Origin: Candidatus Electrothrix yaqonensis
GTDB lineage: Bacteria > Desulfobacterota > Desulfobulbia > Desulfobulbales > Desulfobulbaceae
DNA length: 32,000 bases
Reading direction: 5' to 3'
Assembly (NCBI GenBank): GCA_047651235.1
Contig: CP178758.1
Location: 480,001-512,000, forward strand
Below are positions 26,458-32,000 of this stretch, piece after piece. The notes beneath the pieces were generated by a model that made no database searches, was not told the origin of the DNA, and saw only the letters and a list, made by a program, of their open reading frames with translations. The position numbers and the translations under genes were made by a program. How positions within the stretch are numbered: position 1 is the first letter of the stretch; each line of letters opens with the position of its first letter.

Positions 26458-27321
26458 CTATGCTCCTTGCTGCGCTGCCCGCACCTGTGCTAATCCATCA
26501 AGGAATTGCTTCAATGCATGATGGTCGATCTGTTCTGCAATCTGCACGGCAAGAGTAATGTATCTATCTGCCTTGGCAAGGTCGCCCATATCTTTATAGG
26601 TGAGACCGATGTTCCAGCATGACTCCGCTTCTAATTTCCTATCCCCCAGCTCTATTACTATTGTTAAGGCCTGTTCATGATATTTTATTGCCTTGCTCGG
26701 CTTTCCCTGCGCATTATAAATGATAGCAATGTTGTCTAGAGTTGTACCTTGTCCGATTTTATCCCCAGTCTCCTGTTGAATAGGTAAGCTTTGGTAGTAA
26801 TATTCCAAGGCTCTCTTATTATCGCCTTGGTTATAATAAGATAGACCTATATTATTCAGAGAATAGCCTTCTCCTTCTCGATCACTATTTTCTCGGCAAA
26901 TAGTCAGATCTCGTTTGTAATATTGCAAGGCTTGCTCGTGCATGCCTAATTCGCTATAAACACCGGCTATATTATTAAGAAGAATACCTTCGTGCTTCCG
27001 TTCCACCAGTTCATGCCATATCGCTAGGCTTTGCTCATACCAATATAAGGCCTGCTCATACTCTCCGCGTTGTTCATAGGTGTAACCTAACTCACCCAGA
27101 CAAACTCCTTGATCTCTATAGTCGCGACTCTGCCGGGATGCAGATAGCCGCATCTCTATAGCAGCCAGTCGTTCTGTCCACCAAGCTCTCCGGTCTAAGT
27201 GTGTCAGTATTACAGATACTAACGCTTGCACATGCTGCCACAGCTCACTGTGCAGGCAGCTCTCTATCAGTTGTAGGCAATGCGCCCGTTCTGCATCAAG
27301 GCGGGCGGAGGAGGGTGTCAA
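26458..27321 (-). CDS. tetratricopeptide-repeat protein (TPR_12/kinesin-light-chain type), probably the 3' fragment of a larger NB-ARC/STAND gene
   Basis: Five or more 42-aa repeats (YEQALYWYEQSLAIWHEL..., HEQALQYYKRDLTICREN.DREGEGYSLNNIGLSY, ...). The ORF begins at TTG with no ATG or SD. An in-frame stop lies 23 codons upstream (27391-27393). A hand-counted 60-nt sample gives about 38% GC. Confidence 0.6.
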   Translation of the reverse strand: MTPSSARLDAERAHCLQLIESCLHSELWQHVQALVSVILTHLDRRAWWTERLAAIEMRLSASRQSRDYRDQGVCLGELGYTYEQRGEYEQALYWYEQSLAIWHELVERKHEGILLNNIAGVYSELGMHEQALQYYKRDLTICRENSDREGEGYSLNNIGLSYYNQGDNKRALEYYYQSLPIQQETGDKIGQGTTLDNIAIIYNAQGKPSKAIKYHEQALTIVIELGDRKLEAESCWNIGLTYKDMGDLAKADRYITLAVQIAEQIDHHALKQFLDGLAQVRAAQQGA

Positions 27322-27337
27322 CCAGTTTGTGAGGGAG

Positions 27338-27434
27338 GGTTCCGCTATGGTGGAAAGGATGGTTGCACTATGGTGTGGGGGATGGTTGGACTATGGTGGA
27401 AGGGGATGAGGAAAGACAATGGTTGCGTTATAGC
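27338..27434. repeat. three tandem 23-24 bp repeats plus a partial fourth
   Basis: GGTTCCGCTATGGTGGAAAGGAT / GGTTGCACTATGGTGTGGGGGAT / GGTTGGACTATGGTGGAAGGGGAT (27338-27407), then GGTTGCGTTATAGC at 27421. The array lies immediately 5' of the TPR fragment. Confidence 0.85.
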
Positions 27435-27680
27435 TTTGTTCTTATCTGGCTAGGAAGGGTACTGTGGAAAAGGAACAGCGTCAGGGGTGAGGAAGGGCTT
27501 AGGTGAGGTCAGTTTCAATATCCGTCCATAGTTCATCAACCGGCATTGTTTCTCCGTTCACGGCTTCCTCCCAGCCTTGCCTGAAGCTCTTTTTCGCCGG
27601 TTTCAGCGTGATGCTTTCACGGAAACTCCGTACAATACTGAGAAGGCTTGGGAGATATTGGTGAAGTATGTTGAACTCAA

Positions 27681-27713
27681 GGGAAGGACAGGGTGAACTG
27701 CCTTCCCTTTTTT
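27681..27713. terminator. terminator-like hairpin 22 nt downstream of the tyrosinase stop
   Basis: GGGAAGG(A)CAG-GGTGAA-CTGCCTTCCC is followed by T6 on the + strand. It is preceded by A6 as seen from the minus strand, where it is followed by TTGAGTT. It could serve the minus-strand tyrosinase gene or be bidirectional. Confidence 0.5.
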
Positions 27714-27734
27714 ATCAAGCTAAGTTAACTGAGC

Positions 27735-28757
27735 CTATTGGTAAATGTACCCTAATGGCCGATGGTCAATAACATCCGCCGGTGTCCTTTCAGACTCTCC
27801 GGTAACATCGGGAATAGGAGTATCATCTGGCAGAAGCCGTGATATATATCCTTCCCGATCACCCACCCATGGCCACATTGCATCATTCAATTTGTGGCCT
27901 TCATCTTCACCTGAATTTGGTCCAGGATAATAAGCAATGCCTTGATGACCATTCTCCTGCCATTCTGCCCATAGCCGGTCAATATTGCAGTGATGAAGAA
28001 AGAAAATAAGATCATTTGGCGAGGCATAGCGATTCCCCATATGTCCGCCTACCCAGCCGTGACCAAAGTTATGCATTCTTCGACCTGCTTCCAATCGGTT
28101 TCGGAATCCTCTCGGCTGGCTGTCCAAGGTTCCGCTTCCGCTTATCGGATCAACCTCAAGAACGGTACCTGAATCTTCATATACAGGCCTGCTTAAAGTT
28201 CGTCGAACATCTTCAGGGATCGCAAGACTACGAGAGTTTAGCCTACGCAAGAGAGTGGTACCAAGACCACCATCAAGAGACGATCTGATCCGCCAACCTT
28301 CCAATCCTTCAGGCCACCAATCGGGTCGTGGAAAGGAGTTTTCTCCAGTACCTGGTGCGTCATAGCCAAAATACCCTGAGATGATTAAACCGTCCCTAGC
28401 TCCAAGGAATTCATCAACGAACAGCCTCTCCAGGGTGCCGGTATGATCAGTCCAGTCCCAGTATGGTAAACCAATAGACGAGCCGTGCTCTATCAATGCC
28501 TTTTCAAAGCGTAGCAGAAATTCACGGTGCCATGGTAGAAATCCTGGTCCGCCATGCCCCATATTTACATTGCTTCCATCAGGCACTGTCACTGTAAGAC
28601 ATCCCAAGTGAATAGCCTCGAACTGATCAAAGACTGAAATCTGTTTATCCACTGGGGCGTTTGGGTTGGCAACAGTTGCTTTCATTCTTATTACTGCGGC
28701 CAATAAAGAATCACGTTCATCATTTGTTAGGCATGTTACGCTTTTTCTGATAGACAT
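27735..28757 (-). CDS. tyrosinase (type-3 dicopper oxidase)
   Basis: CuA site: GHGGPGFLPWHREFLLRFEKAL. CuB site: MHNFGHGWVGGHMG...SPNDLIFFLHHCNIDRLWAEWQ. Both are near-identical in pattern to Streptomyces MelC2 motifs. GGAGGA lies 5 nt upstream of the ATG. No signal peptide. Confidence 0.9.
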   Translation of the reverse strand: MSIRKSVTCLTNDERDSLLAAVIRMKATVANPNAPVDKQISVFDQFEAIHLGCLTVTVPDGSNVNMGHGGPGFLPWHREFLLRFEKALIEHGSSIGLPYWDWTDHTGTLERLFVDEFLGARDGLIISGYFGYDAPGTGENSFPRPDWWPEGLEGWRIRSSLDGGLGTTLLRRLNSRSLAIPEDVRRTLSRPVYEDSGTVLEVDPISGSGTLDSQPRGFRNRLEAGRRMHNFGHGWVGGHMGNRYASPNDLIFFLHHCNIDRLWAEWQENGHQGIAYYPGPNSGEDEGHKLNDAMWPWVGDREGYISRLLPDDTPIPDVTGESERTPADVIDHRPLGYIYQ

Positions 28758-28801
28758 ATCATTCCTCCTATATTTAGGTGCATTTTATATTGAGTGTACA
28801 G

Positions 28802-28915
28802 GTATTGATTGCGAATGTCTGTTCGTATAACATCAAATGGTTAACATAGAAATACTTAGAGCATATATGCAATCAAACAGATGCTTGTCAACTAGTATTG
28901 ATTATCGGTATTGAT
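28802..28915. promoter_or_regulatory. tyrosinase/hrpA intergenic control region: GTATTGAT x3 and a minus-strand promoter candidate
   Basis: GTATTGAT occurs at 28802-09, 28895-902 and 28908-15, and the last two form GTATTGATTATCG/GTATTGATAATCT. On the minus strand, TTGACA (28891-28886), 17 nt spacer, ATATAT (28868-28863). Confidence 0.35.
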
Positions 28916-29158
28916 AATCTGCCTGTCAAGGAATTTTTCTTGTTTTTGAATAGTAGCAAGCTTTTATACATTGTTATGTGGAGTTACGTCATAGTATCTC
29001 TTCTGGTTCTGACAATACTTTCTTTTACTACAAAAGAGAAAACTCATGTTTTCCCTCCCCACTCAAACCCCCTTTTGCATCCTCCCCAGGAATCGGGTAG
29101 AGTGGCTACCTAAAACGTTTCCCCAGAAAAACAACTGTACGCAACAGCACCCATTCCC

Positions 29159-32000
29159 ATGCAGCTTAACTACCCTACACAGCTCCCCATCACCGACCGC
29201 AAGGACGAGATCGTTCAGGCCATTCGGGATAATCAGGTTATCGTTATTGCGGGCGATACCGGCTCCGGCAAGACAACCCAGCTCCCCAAGATGTGCCTGG
29301 AAGCAGGTCGGGCAGGGGAGGGTACCATGATCGGCTGTACCCAGCCCCGTCGCATTGCCGCCCTGTCAGTCACCGAGCGGGTGCAGGAGGAGCTGGGGCA
29401 GGTCCGGACAGTGGGGTCCAAGATTCGCTTTCAGGATCGCACCGGCCCGAAAACCCGGATCAAGTTCATGACCGACGGGATTCTGCTGGCCGAGACCCGG
29501 GGCGACCGCAATCTACGGGCCTACGACACCCTGATCATTGACGAGGCCCATGAGCGCAGCCTGAACATCGACTTTCTGCTCGGCTATCTCCATCAATTGC
29601 TGGCCCGCCGCCCGGACCTGAAGCTGATCATTGCCTCAGCCACCATTGATACCGAGAAATTCAGTAAGCATTTCCACGACGCCCCGATTATCCAGGTGGA
29701 AGGACGCACCTATCCGGTCACTATGGAATACTGTCCCCCGGATGACGAGGACGATGAAAGCAGTCAGGATATTGACAGGTTGGTTGCGGATCAGGTTGTT
29801 GCGCTGATGTCCCGGCCCGGCGGGGATATCCTGGCCTTTCTCCCCACAGAGCGGGACATCCTGGATACGGTGGCCCTGCTGCGTAAGGAGCTGGCTGACC
29901 GCGCCCTGATCCTGCCCCTGTTCGGACGGCTCCAGGGCGGGGAGCAGCGGCGTATCTTCCGTTCTGCCCATCAGCGCAAGATCATTGTGGCCACCAATGT
30001 GGCAGAGACCTCCATCACTGTGCCGGGCATAGAATGCGTGGTGGATACCGGCCTCGCCCGCATTGCCCATTATAATGTACGGGCCGGGACTACCCATCTG
30101 CCGGTGGCCCGCGTTTCCCAGGCAAGTTGCGATCAACGGGCAGGCCGTTGCGGTCGGATCGGGCCGGGGCGTTGCATCCGCTTGTACAGCGAGGAGGATT
30201 ACCTTGCCCGTGATGAGTTCACCTTACCCGATATCCAGCGTTCCAATCTGGCCGAGGTTATCTTGCAGATGCTCAGTCTTCGCCTGCCTGAGCCGCGCAA
30301 TTTCCCCTTTATCGATCCACCTGCCCCCAGGGCGGTCAATGACGGCTTCCGTATTCTCCGGGAACTGGGCGCCCTTGATGGCGAGCACCGGCTCACCCGG
30401 CAAGGCCGGATCATGGCTCGCCTGCCTCTGGACCCGCGTATTTCCCGGATGATCATCGAGGGTGCGGAGCTGGGTGTGCTCCGGGAAACCGCGATCATTG
30501 CTGCGGCCCTGGCCATTCAGGATCCCCGTGTTCAACCGCCGGACAAGCTGGAAAAAGCCCGGCAGGCCCATCGGGCCTTTAACTATCCCGGCTCGGATGT
30601 CATGACCCTGGTGAATATCTGGGATGCCTGTAGGGGCGAATCCCTGTGTTCGCCCGGATCATCTGATAAAAGGCAGACATGGGGATCTGCCCCTACACCG
30701 TCCGCAGGGCAGCTCCGCCGCTTTTGCGAGGCCAATTTTTGCTCTTGGCAACGGATGCGGGAATGGTTTGATATCTACGAGCAGATTCTCCGTATCCTCA
30801 GGCAGCATAAGGAGTTTGCCTCGGCCTTGGATTGTATGGATGAATCGGGTGAGGGGCCGGGAGATGCCACATCGGACCGTAGGGGCAGACCTATGTGTCT
30901 GCCCAATATGTATAGGGCGAACACGCAGATTCGCCCCTACAGTCAATCGGATGATTCCACAGGGGCAAAGCAGGGTACAACGCAGGCACCCCCTACCGCC
31001 CCAGCTCTGGTCCATCAGGCCCTGACCGCAGGTTTCCTCCGCAACATCGCCCTGCGCAAGGAAAAGAATACCTACCAGATCAGCGGCAACCGGGAGGCCA
31101 TGCTCTTTCCCGGTTCCGGCCTCTATAACAAGGGCGGACAGTGGATCGTGGCAGCGGATTTTGTCCACACCTCGCAGCTCTTTGCCCGCATGGCCGCCAC
31201 GATAGAGGTAGACTGGCTGGAACGTCTGGGTGGCGACCTGTGCAAGCGTTCGTATTCCGATCCACATTGGCAGAAAAAGTCCGGCCAGGTCACGGCCCTG
31301 GAAAAGGTGACCCTGTTCGGCCTGGTCATTGCCGCAGACCGGCGGGTGAACTACGGTCTTCTTAGCAAGAAGACAGCGGAGGAGGCCAAGGATATCTTTA
31401 TTCGGGAGGCCTTAATCCCTGGCGAACTCAGGGGGAAATATCCCTTTCTCGAACATAACCTGGCCCTGGTCCGGCAGCAGGAAGAGCTGGAGGAACGTCT
31501 GCGCAGGCGCGGTATCATGACTGATGAGCAGGTGCTGCACGACTTCTACGATCAGCGTCTGGGGCTGGTGTACGATCGTTTTACCCTCAATCGCTTTCTC
31601 AGCAAGAAGCGGAAACAGGTGAAGTCTGGTGAAAAGGCGGACGGCTTTCTTTGGATGACAGAAAAGGATCTCCGGCAAAGCCAACCGGAAAGTGATGAGC
31701 TGTATCGCTTTCCGAAAACCCTGACCAGTCCCCAGGGCGAGCTGCGCCTCCATTATGTCTTTCGCCCCGGCAAAGAGGAGGACGGTGTGACCGTGGATAT
31801 CCCGGCTTCCTGCTGCCCGCCCCTGTCACCGAACCTGTTTGAGTGGCTGGTGCCCGGTCTGCTGGAAGAAAAGGTGGTGGCCCTGCTCAAGGGCTTGCCC
31901 AAACGTCTGCGCAGGCTCTTTGTTCCCCTGCCGGAAACAGCGGCCCAGCTCATGGACGGCCTGGATCTCTATCAGGGCTCTTTGTACCCGGCCTTGGAGC
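29159..32000 (+). CDS. hrpA: ATP-dependent RNA helicase HrpA (DEAH box), 3' end outside window
   Basis: Frame 2 is open from 29114 to the window end, and it is absent from the ORF track because no stop is reached. Motifs: GDTGSGKTTQLPK, TQPRRIAA, IIDEAHERSLNIDFLLGYL, TNVAETSITVPG, QRAGRCGR. The HA2/OB region follows (FPGSGLYNKGGQWIVAADFVHTSQLFARMAATIEVDWLE, YSDPHWQKKSGQV). Confidence 0.95.
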   Translation, partial: MQLNYPTQLPITDRKDEIVQAIRDNQVIVIAGDTGSGKTTQLPKMCLEAGRAGEGTMIGCTQPRRIAALSVTERVQEELGQVRTVGSKIRFQDRTGPKTRIKFMTDGILLAETRGDRNLRAYDTLIIDEAHERSLNIDFLLGYLHQLLARRPDLKLIIASATIDTEKFSKHFHDAPIIQVEGRTYPVTMEYCPPDDEDDESSQDIDRLVADQVVALMSRPGGDILAFLPTERDILDTVALLRKELADRALILPLFGRLQGGEQRRIFRSAHQRKIIVATNVAETSITVPGIECVVDTGLARIAHYNVRAGTTHLPVARVSQASCDQRAGRCGRIGPGRCIRLYSEEDYLARDEFTLPDIQRSNLAEVILQMLSLRLPEPRNFPFIDPPAPRAVNDGFRILRELGALDGEHRLTRQGRIMARLPLDPRISRMIIEGAELGVLRETAIIAAALAIQDPRVQPPDKLEKARQAHRAFNYPGSDVMTLVNIWDACRGESLCSPGSSDKRQTWGSAPTPSAGQLRRFCEANFCSWQRMREWFDIYEQILRILRQHKEFASALDCMDESGEGPGDATSDRRGRPMCLPNMYRANTQIRPYSQSDDSTGAKQGTTQAPPTAPALVHQALTAGFLRNIALRKEKNTYQISGNREAMLFPGSGLYNKGGQWIVAADFVHTSQLFARMAATIEVDWLERLGGDLCKRSYSDPHWQKKSGQVTALEKVTLFGLVIAADRRVNYGLLSKKTAEEAKDIFIREALIPGELRGKYPFLEHNLALVRQQEELEERLRRRGIMTDEQVLHDFYDQRLGLVYDRFTLNRFLSKKRKQVKSGEKADGFLWMTEKDLRQSQPESDELYRFPKTLTSPQGELRLHYVFRPGKEEDGVTVDIPASCCPPLSPNLFEWLVPGLLEEKVVALLKGLPKRLRRLFVPLPETAAQLMDGLDLYQGSLYPALE
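30630..30696. repeat. REP/BIME-like double-hairpin element, copy 1 (inside hrpA)
   Basis: GTAGGGGCGAATCCCTGTGTTCGCCC, 16 nt spacer, GGCAGACATGGGGATCTGCCCCTAC. These are two hairpin units bounded by GTAGGGGC/GCCCCTAC. Confidence 0.85.
30879..30940. repeat. REP/BIME-like double-hairpin element, copy 2, inverted relative to copy 1 (inside hrpA)
   Basis: GTAGGGGCAGACCTATGTGTCTGCCC, 10 nt spacer, GGGCGAACACGCAGATTCGCCCCTAC. This is approximately the reverse complement of copy 1. Confidence 0.85.

Noticed and set aside
27502-27711. A minus-strand open frame ending ...ESITLKPAKKSFRQGWEEAVNGETMPVDELWTDIETDLT*, reminiscent of an antitoxin-like C-terminus.
   Set aside because: There is no usable start codon (the only ATG is 15 codons from the end). 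It overlaps the terminator hairpin, and the family resemblance is only a vague recollection. It is probably another gene remnant but cannot be called.
28898-29113. A 71-aa ORF in the AT-rich tyrosinase-hrpA intergenic region, and the 64-aa ORF 8216..8410 upstream of vapB.
   Set aside because: Both lie in promoter regions. They have no SD, low-complexity or odd composition, and no homology recognised.
30624-31267. Long ORFs 30624..31025 (+, 133 aa) and 30659..31267 (-, 202 aa), containing peptides such as VGANPCVRP, GRTRRFAPT and GQTHRSAPT.
   Set aside because: They lie entirely within, and out of frame or antisense to, the well-supported hrpA frame. They are kept open by the palindromic GTAGGGGC... 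elements and are spurious.

Overview
This 32-kb chromosomal window has the gene content and repeat type of a Desulfobacterota (Desulfobulbales-like) genome. That taxonomic call is an inference only. Bases 1-14.9 kb are a housekeeping backbone, almost all on the + strand. It holds the 3' part of rpoN, ptsN, and an F1Fo ATP synthase operon atpF'-atpF-atpH-atpA-atpG-atpD-atpC (no a or c subunit genes). These are followed by a vapBC toxin-antitoxin pair with a nuclease-gene remnant, hisB, a lipoprotein, a TtcA-like PP-loop ATPase, an overlapping SAM-methyltransferase/DUF89 pair, a GltD-family oxidoreductase and tRNA-Pro(UGG). Bases 14.9-29.1 kb are a mosaic, partly decayed accessory stretch with no integrase or transposase. 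It contains C-terminal and N-terminal remnants of an RND efflux operon flanking about 5.2 kb. That 5.2 kb carries a 22-codon upstream ORF, a 1009-aa effector-less STAND ATPase-TPR protein with an internal low-GC cassette, an EI24/CysZ-like membrane protein, and a cfa-type gene with an in-frame deletion of its SAM-binding motif. Next come a DUF169 gene, a 924-aa molybdopterin oxidoreductase with a TorD-like chaperone fused to its N-terminus and no Tat signal, and a divergent TauE/TSUP permease. The stretch ends with an orphan low-GC TPR fragment preceded by three tandem 23-24 bp repeats, and a bacterial tyrosinase. From 29.16 kb to the window end runs hrpA (DEAH helicase). Its reading frame carries two inverted copies of a 62-67 bp double-hairpin REP/BIME-like element inserted in frame. 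I rank the hrpA insertions and the TorD-molybdoenzyme fusion with its DUF169/TauE neighbours highest, followed by the mosaic STAND ATPase. No CRISPR array, rRNA or recognisable mobile-element gene is present. All family calls come from motif recognition by eye, and no database search was run.
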